This document shows, piece by piece, positions 1 to 12,400 of a DNA stretch of 64,000 nucleotides. Position numbers and translations under genes: made by a program. Origin of the DNA: Phyllobates terribilis. Its lineage: Eukaryota. Location: NCBI RefSeq assembly GCF_046119375.1, contig NW_027362764.1:457002001-457066000 (forward strand), in the 5' to 3' direction. The notes below the pieces were generated by a model. The model was given only the letters and a program-made list of their open reading frames with translations, searched no databases and was not told the origin of the DNA. Position 1 is the first letter of the stretch. Each line of letters starts with the position of its first letter.

Positions 1-682
1 GGCAGACATACAAGAAACAGAGGCATGTTCACACTAGCAAAAAAGAAGCAAGACAAAAATATATCTCATACCCTACCATAATTATATATAAATGTAAAGC
101 AAAATTGCATAATAAATATAGGGTACTTAGTGAACTATTTTTGATCAAAAAAAGTATACAAGCCGTCCCACCAGCGGCAAGGTGACCCTAAATTGGGACG
201 GTACCTATACTGCCTATATTAAAAACCTTACTGTATATCAAAGTTGAAGTAATGCATATAAAAGGGTAGACAAATAGGACCGGGTCCCAACTCCACACCA
301 CCTAGGCCCGTGGTAAGCTACATATATACCAATCAGCTTTGTTGAGCTGATTGGTATATATGTAGCTTACCACGGGCCTAGGTGGTCTGGAGTTGGGACC
401 CGGTCCTATTTGTCTACCCTTTTATATGCATTACTTCAACTTTGATATACAGTAAGGTTTTTAATATAGGCAGTATAGGTACCGTCCCAATTTAGGGTCA
501 CCTTGCCGCTGGTGGGACGGCTTGTATACTTTTTTTGATCAAAAATAGTTCACTAAGTACCCTATATTTATTATGCAATTTTGCTTTACATTTATATATA
601 ATTATGGTAGGGTATGAGATATATTTTTGTCTTGCTTCTTTTTTGCTAGTGTGAACATGCCTCTGTTTCTTGTATGTCTGCC
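1..682. repeat. Fold-back palindrome: 338-bp arms (1-338 / 345-682) with 6-nt spacer TTGTTG; may extend beyond the window start
   Basis: 1-338 is the reverse complement of 345-682 (ggcagacatacaag... vs ...cttgtatgtctgcc); one mismatch noticed (296 vs 387). Confidence 0.95.
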
Positions 683-2332
683 ATCTTAGACCTCAGTTCA
701 CATTGTCTGGTTTTTTGACTTGTTTGCATTCTGTGCAATTTAAGGGTGTGGCATGCCCTTTGTTGAGCTGATTGGTATATATGTAGCTTACCACGGGCCT
801 AGGTGGTCTGGAGTTGGGACCCGGTCCTATTTGTCTACCCTTTTATATGCATTACTTCAACTTTGATATACAGTAAGGTTTTTAATATAGGCAGTATAGG
901 TACCGTCCCAATTTAGGGTCACCTTGCCGCTGGTGGGACGGCTTGTATACTTTTTTTGATCAAAAATAGTTCACTAAGTACCCTATATTTATTATGCAAT
1001 TTTGCTTTACATTTATATATAATTATGGTAGGGTATGAGATATATTTTTGTCTTGCTTCTTTTTTGCTAGTGTGAACATGCCTCTGTTTCTTGTATGTCT
1101 GCCATCTTAGACCTCAGTTCACATTGTCTGGTTTTTTGACTTGTTTGCATTCTGTGCAATTTAAGGGTGTGGCATGCCCTTTGTTGAGCTGATTGGTATA
1201 TATGTAGCTTACCACGGGCCTAGGTGGTCTGGAGTTGGGACCCGGTCCTATTTGTCTACCCTTTTATATGCATTACTTCAACTTTGATATACAGTAAGGT
1301 TTTTAATATAGGCAGTATAGGTACTGTCCCAATTTAGGGTCACCTTGCCGCTGGTGGGACGGCTTGTATACTTTTTTTGATCAAAAATAGTTCACTAAGT
1401 ACCCTATATTTATTATGCAATTTTGCTTTACATTTATATATAATTATGGTAGGGTATGAGATATATTTTTGTCTTGCTTCTTTTTTGCTAGTGTGAACAT
1501 GCCTCTGTTTCTTGTATGTCTGCCATCTTAGACCTCAGTTCACATTGTCTGGTTTTTTGACTTGTTTGCATTCTGTGCAATTTAAGGGTGTGGCATGCCC
1601 TTTGTTGAGCTGATTGGTATATATGTAGCTTACCACGGGCCTAGGTGGTCTGGAGTTGGGACCCGGTCCTATTTGTCTACCCTTTTATATGCATTACTTC
1701 AACTTTGATATACAGTAAGGTTTTTAATATAGGCAGTATAGGTACCGTCCCAATTTAGGGTCACCTTGCCGCTGGTGGGATGGCTTGTATACTTTTTTTG
1801 ATCAAAAATAGTTCACTAAGTACCCTATATTTATTATGCAATTTTGCTTTACATTTATATATAATTATGGTAGGGTATGAGATATATTTTTGTCTCGCTT
1901 CTTTTTTGCTAGTGTGAACATGCCTCTGTTTCTTGTATGTCTGCCATCTTAGACCTCAGTTCACATTGTCTGGTTTTTTGACTTGTTTGCATTCTGTGCA
2001 ATTTAAGGGTGTGGCATGCCCTTTGTTGAGCTGATTGGTATATATGTAGCTTACCACGGGCCTAGGTGGTCTGGAGTTGGGACCCGGTCCTATTTGTCTA
2101 CCCTTTTATATGCATTACTTCAACTTTGATATACAGTAAGGTTTTTAATATAGGCAGTATAGGTACCGTCCCAATTTAGGGTCACCTTGCCGCTGGTGGG
2201 ACGGCTTGTATACTTTTTTTGATCAAAAATAGTTCACTAAGTACCCTATATTTATTATGCAATTTTGCTTTACATTTATATATAATTTTGGTAGGGTATG
2301 AGATATATTTTTGTCTTGCTTCTTTTTTGCTA
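338..2332. repeat. 421-bp tandem array, 4 full copies plus 1 partial, near-identical
   Basis: agctgattggtatat recurs at 345, 766, 1187, 1608 and 2029 (period 421); only isolated substitutions seen between copies. Confidence 0.95.
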
Positions 2333-3240
2333 ATGACGCAAACAAGGACTCCTGGTGGGAGAAACATTCTCTTTCCTGAATCCCACTAATTGGTTCAAGG
2401 GTCTAGGTGGGGGGCTCTCAGGGATTATACATGTATGCAATTATTATTATTCTGCTTGTTGATATATGTAGCCGTAAAAGCTGTATGTATGTTACACCTA
2501 AGTTACTCAGGTTTATATGTAAGGAAAACCGGGTCACAGAACCCCTGATTGTATACTATGGACCCCAGACAAGAAAACATCCATTGTTGTGATACAATTA
2601 TAGGCGTTTAGGTAGGGAACTGAGGCGAAGCAGGTAGGAAAGTCCCGAGGACGCGACTAGCGCGCTCCTATATACCTACTGAGATGCCATAATTGGTCAC
2701 AAAAGGGGGGAAATGTGAGAGAAAAGAATACATCTTGTTTGTCTGTGGTCTCCATTTTGTCTTCACTCTTATGTAATGGTCATCAGGTAACACTGAGGGG
2801 CAGTGAGGTTTCACATTACTGTTCACTCCCCTATGGTTACTATTGGTTCATAGGTCAGAGGGAACTATTCCTTTGTCTCTGACCCTATTTAAAGTGTCAC
2901 ATGTATTAATAAAGCAGAAGTCTTTTTCTAGTACACCATTATAAGGCTGTGCTGTACTGATTTCCCGAGCGCTCGTAAAACAAATCTTATTAATTTGGAG
3001 TTCGGAAGGCATAGAAAAGAGCGTATTTCGCTCACAATATGTTGCAGTAAATGTGGAATACGGTGGTTTCAAAATCTGTGCTGCCCAATAGTTCAAATAT
3101 GTGATCACACACGAAGGTGAAGCGTGAATGCGGTTTATGTCAACGCGTTTCAAGGTTTTCAAACCTCTTCATCAGGACCAAACCACAATTATATGATACA
3201 GCTCAAAACGTGCGGAAATATATAAACAATGTATTCAAAA
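2333..3240 (-). mobile_element. Probable Penelope-like element (PLE) pseudo-LTR/UTR remnant; second copy at about 5213-6120
   Basis: Carries a PLE-type hammerhead motif; adjacent tandem and inverted duplications fit PLE insertion structure. No RT or GIY-YIG ORF is visible, so the call is indirect. Confidence 0.45.
3129..3187 (-). ncRNA. Type I hammerhead ribozyme, Penelope-type with palindromic minimal helix III
   Basis: Minus strand UGUGGUUUGGUC-CUGAUGA-AGAGGUU(UGAA)AACCUU-GAAA-CGCGUU/GACAUAAACCGCA: intact core, helix II hairpin, helix I (GUC/GAC extended by UGUGGUUU/AAACCGCA), palindromic ACGCGU helix III; predicted cut between 3142 and 3141. Confidence 0.8.
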
Positions 3241-3373
3241 AAGGGGGCGCAGCAATGAACCTTTGTGGTCATATGTTACATTGTGGATGTTGGTATAATT
3301 CTGTAATTCTGAATATAATCTTGTATATGCATTATATACCAACATCCACAGTTTGTCACATTAAAAACTGTAA

Positions 3374-4000
3374 GGCTGTGTGCCCATTATGTGTTTTTCA
3401 AGCGTTTCCGCAGCGGCAATTCCGCTTCAGAAACGCTTAAAAAATGCTTGGTAGAAGGTCTGCCATGTTCCCCAATGATAAGCCGCATGTGGTGTGCACA
3501 TGCTGCGGAAATTTCCGCTGCGGATTATCATTGCGGAAAAATCCGCAGCACTACTGATTATTTTGTGAAATCGTGGCGTTTTTGCCGCCATTGACTTGCA
3601 TTGGACCGCATGACATCCGCATCACTGCATCTACAGATGCTGATACCATGCGGATTCAATGTGCGGATAGTACCCAGGTTTGGAGAAGAGGAGACTCTCC
3701 TCCGTACCCGGGTACCATAGTACCTGTAAAAAAAAAGAAAATAAAAAATATACATTATACTTACCTTCTGATGGCCCCCGGTCTCCATAGCGATGCGTCC
3801 TGGCTTGCTGGCAGCTCGCGATGGTCTAAAAAGGACCTGCCATGACGTCATTTAGTCATGTGACAGGTCACGCGACCGCTGATGTCGGCAAGCCAAGACC
3901 GCGAGATTTGCCGGCAAGCCAAGACGGATCGGATAAGGACACCGGGGGCCATCAGAAGGTAAGTATAATATTTATTTTTTACCATTCTTTTACGGTCACA
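3374..4000. mobile_element. Composite non-autonomous DNA transposon/MITE with internal fold-back arms; second copy at about 6254-6924
   Basis: taa|ggctgtgtgccca start (PIF/Harbinger-like end); inverted arms tacttaccttctgatggcccccgg (3758-3781) / ccgggggccatcagaaggtaagta (3942-3965). Confidence 0.55.
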
Positions 4001-4020
4001 CTATATAAATCCATGCCGGT

Positions 4021-4610
4021 TGCCCCATGGTCCTCCACGCAGTATAATGAACTCCCCATGGTCCTCCACACAGTATAATGCGCTCCCCATGGTCCTCCAC
4101 GCAGTATAATGCGCTCCCCATGGTCCTCCAAGCAGAATAATGAACTCCCCATGGTCCTCTACGTAGTATAATGTGCTCCCAATGGTCGTCCAAGCAGAAT
4201 AATGCTCTCTCCATGGTCCTGCAGTATAATGCACTCCCTATGGTCCTCCACACAGTGTAATGCGCTCCCTATGGTCCTCCAGGCAGTATAATGCGCTCCC
4301 TATGGTCCTCCAGGCAGTATAATGCGCTCCCTATGGTCCTCCAGGCAGTATAATGCACTCCCCATGGTCCTCCACACAGTATAATGCACTCCCCATGGTC
4401 CGCCACACAGTTTAATCCACTCCCCATGGTCCTCCACACAGTATAATGTACTCCCCATGGTCTTCCACACAGTTTAATGCACTTCCCATGGTCCTCCACC
4501 CAGTTTAATGCACTCCCCATGGTCCTCCACACAGTATAATGCACCCCATGGTCCTCCACATAGTATAATGCACCCCATGGTCCTGTACGCAGTATAATGC
4601 AGCCCCCACC
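4021..4610. repeat. 31-bp minisatellite (ctccccatggtcctccacacagtataatgca), about 19 copies
   Basis: ccccatgg recurs at 4023, 4054, 4085 and onward. Confidence 0.95.
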
Positions 4611-6008
4611 ATGGGGTAAAATGCAGCCTGAGTCCTACAGTATTATCAGTACTCACTGATTTAAAAATAAATAAATACATACTTACCGCTCCAAGTTCTT
4701 CGCTCTCACCACCTCAGCAGGTGCCAGCTCCACTGTCAGACACAGCGTAGCTCGTCATCCTGTTGCGTCAGACGCAGAGGAGGAATTATGGGAGAGGGAG
4801 TGTCAAATAACGCTCCCTCCTCCATCATTGCTTCACCCAGGGCCGGTTCCAGGTCTTCGTGGGCCCTGGGCGAAAGAGTCTCAGTGGCCCCTTTAATTCA
4901 TACATTCATGATGCACAAATACAGCGGAGTAATATAGGTATACAACACAGGGCCCAAGCTGTCCCCTCATCGTTCACATACACAAACATACACACACAGT
5001 ACGCAGACATGCACACATACATTACGCAGACACGCACGTACACAAACAGATACATGTACATATTTTATGTTGGCAGGCAGAGTCCACAAAAGTTTTTTTT
5101 TGTGTCGCAAACATGACTAAGTACCCTATATTTATTATGCAATTTTGCTTTACATTTATATATAATTTTGGTAGGGTATGAGATATATTTTTGTCTTGCT
5201 TCTTTTTTGCTAATGACGCAAACAAGGACTCCTGGTGGGAGAAACATTCTCTTTCCTGAATCCCACTAATTGGTTCAAGGGTCTAGGTGGGGGGCTCTCA
5301 GGGATTATACATGTATGCAATTATTATTATTCTGCTTGTTGATATATGTAGCCGTAAAAGCTGTATGTATGTTACACCTAAGTTACTCAGGTTTATATGT
5401 AAGGAAAACCGGGTCACAGAACCCCTGATTGTATACTATGGACCCCAGACAAGAAAACATCCATTGTTGTGATACAATTATAGGCGTTTAGGTAGGGAAC
5501 TGAGGCGAAGCAGGTAGGAAAGTCCCGAGGACGCGACTAGCGCGCTCCTATATACCTACTGAGATGCCATAATTGGTCACAAAAGGGGGGAAATGTGAGA
5601 GAAAAGAATACATCTTGTTTGTCTGTGGTCTCCATTTTGTCTTCACTCTTATGTAATGGTCATCAGGTAACACTGAGGGGCAGTGAGGTTTCACATTACT
5701 GTTCACTCCCCTATGGTTACTATTGGTTCATAGGTCAGAGGGAACTATTCCTTTGTCTCTGACCCTATTTAAAGTGTCACATGTATTAATAAAGCAGAAG
5801 TCTTTTTCTAGTACACCATTATAAGGCTGTGCTGTACTGATTTCCCGAGCGCTCGTAAAACAAATCTTATTAATTTGGAGTTCGGAAGGCATAGAAAAGA
5901 GCGTATTTCGCTCACAATATGTTGCAGTAAATGTGGAATACGGTGGTTTCAAAATCTGTGCTGCCCAATAGTTCAAATATGTGATCACACACGAAGGTGA
6001 AGCGTGAA

Positions 6009-6067
6009 TGCGGTTTATGTCAACGCGTTTCAAGGTTTTCAAACCTCTTCATCAGGACCAAACCACA
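6009..6067 (-). ncRNA. Second, identical copy of the hammerhead ribozyme
   Basis: Same sequence offset by 2880 bp within the tandem duplication. Confidence 0.8.
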
Positions 6068-6944
6068 ATTATATGATACAGCTCAAAACGTGCGGAAATA
6101 TATAAACAATGTATTCAAAAAAGGGGGCGCAGCAATGAACCTTTGTGGTCATATGTTACATTGTGGATGTTGGTATAATTCTGTAATTCTGAATATAATC
6201 TTGTATATGCATTATATACCAACATCCACAGTTTGTCACATTAAAAACTGTAAGGCTGTGTGCCCATTATGTGTTTTTCAAGCGTTTCCGCAGCGGCAAT
6301 TCCGCTTCAGAAACGCTTAAAAAATGCTTGGTAGAAGGTCTGCCATGTTCCCCAATGATAAGCCGCATGTGGTGTGCACATGCTGCGGAAATTTCCGCTG
6401 CGGATTATCATTGCGGAAAAATCCGCAGCACTACTGATTATTTTGTGAAATCGTGGCGTTTTTGCCGCCATTGACTTGCATTGGACCGCATGACATCCGC
6501 ATCACTGCATCTACAGATGCTGATACCATGCGGATTCAATGTGCGGATAGTACCCAGGTTTGGAGAAGAGGAGACTCTCCTCCGTACCCGGGTACCATAG
6601 TACCTGTAAAAAAAAGAAAATAAAAAATATACATTATACTTACCTTCTGATGGCCCCCGGTCTCCATAGCGATGCGTCCTGGCTTGCTGGCAGCTCGCGA
6701 TGGTCTAAAAAGGACCTGCCATGACGTCATTTAGTCATGTGACAGGTCACGCGACCGCTGATGTCGGCGGTTGCGTGACCCGTCACATGACTCAATGACG
6801 TCATGGCAGGTCCTTTAATCCACCGCGAGATTTGCCGGCAAGCCAAGACGGATCGGATAAGGACACCGGGGGCCATCAGAAGGTAAGTATAATATTTATT
6901 TTTTACCATTCTTTTACGGTCACACTATATAAATCCATGCCGGT

Positions 6945-7534
6945 TGCCCCATGGTCCTCCACGCAGTATAATGAACTCCCCATGGTCCTCCACACAGTAT
7001 AATGCGCTCCCCATGGTCCTCCACGCAGTATAATGCGCTCCCCATGGTCCTCCAAGCAGAATAATGAACTCCCCATGGTCCTCTACGTAGTATAATGTGC
7101 TCCCAATGGTCGTCCAAGCAGAATAATGCTCTCTCCATGGTCCTGCAGTATAATGCACTCCCTATGGTCCTCCACACAGTGTAATGCGCTCCCTATGGTC
7201 CTCCAGGCAGTATAATGCGCTCCCTATGGTCCTCCAGGCAGTATAATGCGCTCCCTATGGTCCTCCAGGCAGTATAATGCACTCCCCATGGTCCTCCACA
7301 CAGTATAATGCACTCCCCATGGTCCGCCACACAGTTTAATCCACTCCCCATGGTCCTCCACACAGTATAATGTACTCCCCATGGTCTTCCACACAGTTTA
7401 ATGCACTTCCCATGGTCCTCCACCCAGTTTAATGCACTCCCCATGGTCCTCCACACAGTATAATGCACCCCATGGTCCTCCACATAGTATAATGCACCCC
7501 ATGGTCCTGTACGCAGTATAATGCAGCCCCCACC
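6945..7534. repeat. Duplicate copy of the 31-bp minisatellite
   Basis: Same array offset by 2924 bp. Confidence 0.95.
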
Positions 7535-8199
7535 ATGGGGTAAAATGCAGCCTGAGTCCTACAGTATTATCAGTACTCACTGATTTAAAAATAAATAAAT
7601 ACATACTTACCGCTCCAAGTTCTTCGCTCTCACCACCTCAGCAGGTGCCAGCTCCACTGTCAGACACAGCGTAGCTCGTCATCCTGTTGCGTCAGACGCA
7701 GAGGAGGAATTATGGGAGAGGGAGTGTCAAATAACGCTCCCTCCTCCATCATTGCTTCACCCAGGGCCGGTTCCAGGTCTTCGTGGGCCCTGGGCGAAAG
7801 AGTCTCAGTGGCCCCTTTAATTCATACATTCATGATGCACAAATACAGCGGAGTAATATAGGTATACAACACAGGGCCCAAGCTGTCCCCTCATCGTTCA
7901 CATACACAAACATACACACACAGTACGCAGACATGCACACATACATTACGCAGACACGCACGTACACAAACAGATACATGTACATATTTTATGTTGGCAG
8001 GCAGAGTCCACAAAAGTTTTTTTTTGTGTCGCAAACATGATACACTCTGCTATATGTCAGCTACTACTTTAGTGGTGGTGAACGTCGGCTGTTTTCAGAG
8101 TAAAAAAAATTATTTTTTGTCTTGCTAGGCAGAGTCCACTAAAGATTTTTTGTGTGTGGCCAACGTGATACACTCTGCTAAAAGCCACATACTATTTTA

Positions 8200-8940
8200 G
8201 GCCGGTTTCACACGTCCGCATATCCGAGTGTGTCACACATGTGGCAGCTGTGTGCCGCATCAGGATCACAAAGATGGCGCCTGGGATTCAGAGCTACTGT
8301 TAGTGCTATTCCCAAGCATCGGTACTGAACACTGCCCTCATCATGGTTCCCTGCCGGCGCTGCCTTCAGCACCAGCAGGGACCATGATGAGGGTAGTAGT
8401 AGCTTTCTCCCGGTATCCACCTGTGTAAAAATAAGAAAAAAATAATAAAATCTATATTCTCACCTCTCCTAGTTGTCCCCCGCTGTATCAATGCTCCTCA
8501 CCATCAGCAGTCGCATGGAGCCATCGGGGGACACCTAGGAGAGGTGAGTATATGGATTTTATTATTTTATTCTCATTTTTACACAGGTGACAACGGGAAC
8601 AAACACCACTACCCTCATCACTGTCCCTGCTGGTGCTGATCATAGCACCGGCAGGGAACCATGATGAGGGCTGTGTTCAGTACCGACGCTTGGGGACAGC
8701 GCTAACTGTAGCGCTGATTCCCAGGCGCTAGTACGTGTCACACGGATGACACATGAATGTCATCCGTGTGGTACATTTTGCGGAGTGTGTGTCCGCAAAA
8801 AAATGGACTTGTCTTTGTGTGGAGCACAGGGACACGTGATCAGTGAAAACACACTGAGGTGTGCACAGACCCATTCATTTGAATGGGTCTACATGTGTCA
8901 GTGTCTCCGGTACGTGTGGAAACTGTCACCACTCGTACCA
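8200..8940. mobile_element. Fold-back MITE (PIF/Harbinger-like left end) inserted in hAT 5' subterminal region
   Basis: tta|ggccggtttcacacg left end; long imperfect palindrome at about 8275-8730. Confidence 0.7.
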
Positions 8941-9489
8941 GAGCCCTTAGTGGCGGTGAACCTCAGCTGTTTTCTGAGTAATAAAAAAAAGATTTTTTCT
9001 GTTGCTAGGCAAAAAAGTCCAAAAATATTTTTTTCTGTCGCAAACATGTTACACTCTGCTATAAGCCACCTAGTCCTTTTAGTGGCAGTGAAATTCAGCT
9101 GTATTCAGAGCTTATGCAGAGTAAAAAAAATCTATTTTTTGCTGTTCCTAACGTGATAAAGCAAACTAGATCTGAGTTTGAAATAGTTTGGAGAATATCT
9201 CGTATGTTATACAGGCGTCACCAAAATAAAAAAATACTTAGTTCGGTTCCTAACGTTATACAGCAGGGACCTCTCAGTTGGAAATAGTTTGGAGAATATC
9301 TCCTATGTTATACAGGCCTCATCCACACTAAAAAAATACTTTGTTCTGTTAGTAACGTTATACAGCAAGCTATATCTTACCTTGTCATTTAGTGCCTTTG
9401 AAATTCAGGTGTGTGCAGAGCTATTGCAGAGGAAAAAAATCGAATTTTGTTTTGCCAATAGCGTGCTCCTACCACAGTATCGGAGCAAC

Positions 9490-12400
9490 ATGAGTGGGAA
9501 AAAGAGAGGTTGTGGTGGAAGGCAGAATAGGCTTGGTGTTCAAGGTATACATGGGGTAGGTGGTAATGTTAGTGAAAGCACTTGTGAACTAACACCGTCA
9601 TGTCCTATCCAAAGGCAACTGGCAACTTCTGTTACTGGACGGGCTACTCCACTTCCTTTCTTTGGCAGCCGCACAGCGATACGCCTTGTTGATAAGGGCC
9701 AGAAGGAGCAGGTGCTCCAGTGGGTGGCAAGCGCTGCTTCAAGTGGCCTCTCCTCTTTTTCCTCCACCTCAACATCACACACAGTACAGTCCACAGAGGT
9801 GGCTCCCCAATTACCCTTACTTCTCCCCGCGTCACAACTGTCCATGTGCCCAACTGACTGTAGCGAACCACAGGTAGGTGAGTCTGTAGAACTGTTCACC
9901 CATTCTATACCATGGGCATCAGAAGTGTACTTCAAATATTCACATAGTCAAGAAGAGGAGGAAAGCATCTGCACCAATGCCCAAAATTTTTTTAGGTTAG
10001 ATTCAGGGCAGGACAGAGTATGGTCCGAGCAGGTTCCTGACCCTCATCACCAGATGTTATCCACTGGGGAGGGAGGTGATCCTGATGACACTCAGATACC
10101 TGAGGCTCATGCGGACTGTACTGTGCTGTCAGAGGAGAAGGGTCACTCTGAGGGCGAGAAATGGAATAACACATTGGATGATGACGAGGTTGAAGATCCT
10201 ACTTGGTTTGAACCCAGAGTCACATAGCTGAGTAGCTCATCTGAGGAGGTGGAGGAGGAAGATGAGGAGGTTACCTTTCGCCCTATGGTGCAGACACGGA
10301 GTGATGCAAGCACGAGGAGCACTGCATCCCTAGCCACAACTGTGGCCAGCAGCGGTCGCGGGTCTGCAGCTCACAGCGGCGGCAAGGATTGCCTTTCCTG
10401 GGACTTTTTTGTCACTGCAAAGGATGAGCCAACTCACATTATCTGCAAACTTTGTGATAAAAAACTCAGTAGAGGGACAAAGTGCAATAATTTGACTACT
10501 ACATGCATGAACGTTCACATGCATAAACATGCATTACACTGGGAATCTCACAGAGCTGAAATGCGGACCTCAACAACCATCAGCTGCCCCATCAACCACA
10601 TCTGCTGCTTCTTCCTTTTCCTCTGTTACCGTGCCAAGCATTGGCATGCTGGTCTCCCACCGCAGAACTTCTGGTTCTCTACCTGCTCCAGTCAGGCTGA
10701 GTGAGAGCCCGTCAGCTGTAACGGAAGCGGACATGCCTGCTGTGTTTGTTTCACTGAGCACACCACATGTTACGGTGGATTGAGAAACATCTGCGCCTGC
10801 ACCTCACTCACGGTCCAGCAGTTTGTCCGTTTCACCGTACTCTGCCCTCTCTCAGCACTGCAGCCAGCCCTCGGGCCTGCAGTTGTGGTCACATAAAAGA
10901 TAGCTTTGTCATGTGTAGGATGAAACAAAGAGGTTGCACTCCATCTCAAATCTGTTGGCCACGGAAATGCTGCCTTTCCGCCTGGTAGATACAGACGGTT
11001 TGCGAAAGCTGATGGCCGTTGCAGTCCCCCAGTACCAGTTGCCAGTCGCCATTACTTCTCTAAGAAAGCTGTGCCTGTGCTCCACCAGCATATCACAGTC
11101 AACATCACCCATTCCTTGACTAAATCTATATCTGCCAGGGTGCATTTCACCACAGACACCTGGACGAGTAAGCTTGTCCAAGGGTGTTACATCTTGCTGA
11201 CTGGGTACTGGGTGACTCTGGTGGCTGTGGGGGTAGGCAGGGAAGGGGCTGCTCCACAAATCTTGGAATTCCCAAGACTTACAGAACAAACCTCTGTATT
11301 TCACATTTCCTCCACTGCCTCTGCCTCCCCCACCTCCTTTAGGGCCTCCACCTGCGCAATCAACCTCTGCCTTAACGAGACACATGTTCCAACGTGCAGA
11401 GCGAATCCACACCACCTCTGTATTGCGCAACCAGGGCTCACCACAATCAGGCACTCTTCAAATTAATACTTGGAGATCTTCGCCACTGTCCCGGCCTGGA
11501 TGAGCTGCTTCAGAAAGTACGGAAGCTGTGTGCTCACTTCCGCCATTCCCAGCCCTCATGTCATCGACTTGCATCGATACAGAGGTCTTTCTCCATGCCA
11601 GTTAACAGGTTGATATGCGATGTGCCGACGCGGTGGAATTCCACTCTGCACATGTTGCAGCGACTGTTGCAGCAGCAACGAGCCCTGACCCAGTATGTCA
11701 TGTTGTATAGCCTGGGACAATGCAGTACAGACGTGGGGCATATCATGTTTACGGATTGGGAACAGATTAAGGAACTTTGCACCCTTCTGCACAGTTTTGA
11801 AATGGCTACTAAACTAGTTAGCGCTGATGATGACGTCATCAGCATCACTATTCCGGTCATCTTCATGCTGGAGAAGACTTTGAATAGCGTGCGGCATGAG
11901 GTGGTTATACCAGAAGAAAAGGAGGATGCGGAGAGGAAAGGGATAAGAATGTCTCAAAGTTCCAAACTGTCTTCACACAGGCGGATGCTAAGTGACGGCG
12001 GCTTCCCTTGATCGAGGGGGTTTGGTGATACCAGACATACTGTTAGTGAAGGTGCAAGAGCCGAGGAACAAATGGAGGAGGAAGAGGTGATGGGCGAGCA
12101 ACAGTCAGAAGATGAAGAGGATAATCATCCCCTCTCTGTTGAACGTGGTTGGCAGGAGGGGACGGAGGAAACAAGCATCAGTGTTACCCAGCCAACAATA
12201 GAGTCTGGCTTTGGATCACCTGGAAGAGCCTGACATATGAGTGCCTTCTTGCTGCACTATCTGCAACATGATCCCCGTATACTTAGGATTCAAAATAATG
12301 CTGATTATTGGATTGCCATTCTATTAGATCCACATTATAAGGTTAAATTTTGCCAGATGCTTCCAGCCCTGGAAAGGGACCCGCTAATGTTGGAGTATCG

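Larger units (their letters stand above)
2236..8039. repeat. Head-to-tail segmental duplication (copy 1 2236-5115, 2880 bp; copy 2 5116-8039, 2924 bp)
   Basis: actaagtaccctata at 2236 and 5116; identical ORF pairs offset by 2880 (e.g. 2848/5728), then by 2924 after the indel near 3890/6769. Confidence 0.95.

Noticed and set aside
3282-3350. 16-bp inverted repeat near the hammerhead
   Set aside because: Cannot be tied to the ribozyme fold; may be a tiny MITE remnant.
3996-4559. Repetitive ORFs (WRTMGSALY..., also 6920-7483)
   Set aside because: Translations of the 31-bp minisatellite; no coding signature.
9289-9489. Longer N-terminus for the hAT transposase from the ORF track
   Set aside because: Runs through subterminal repeat sequence; copy 2 supports the start at MSG (9490/52506).
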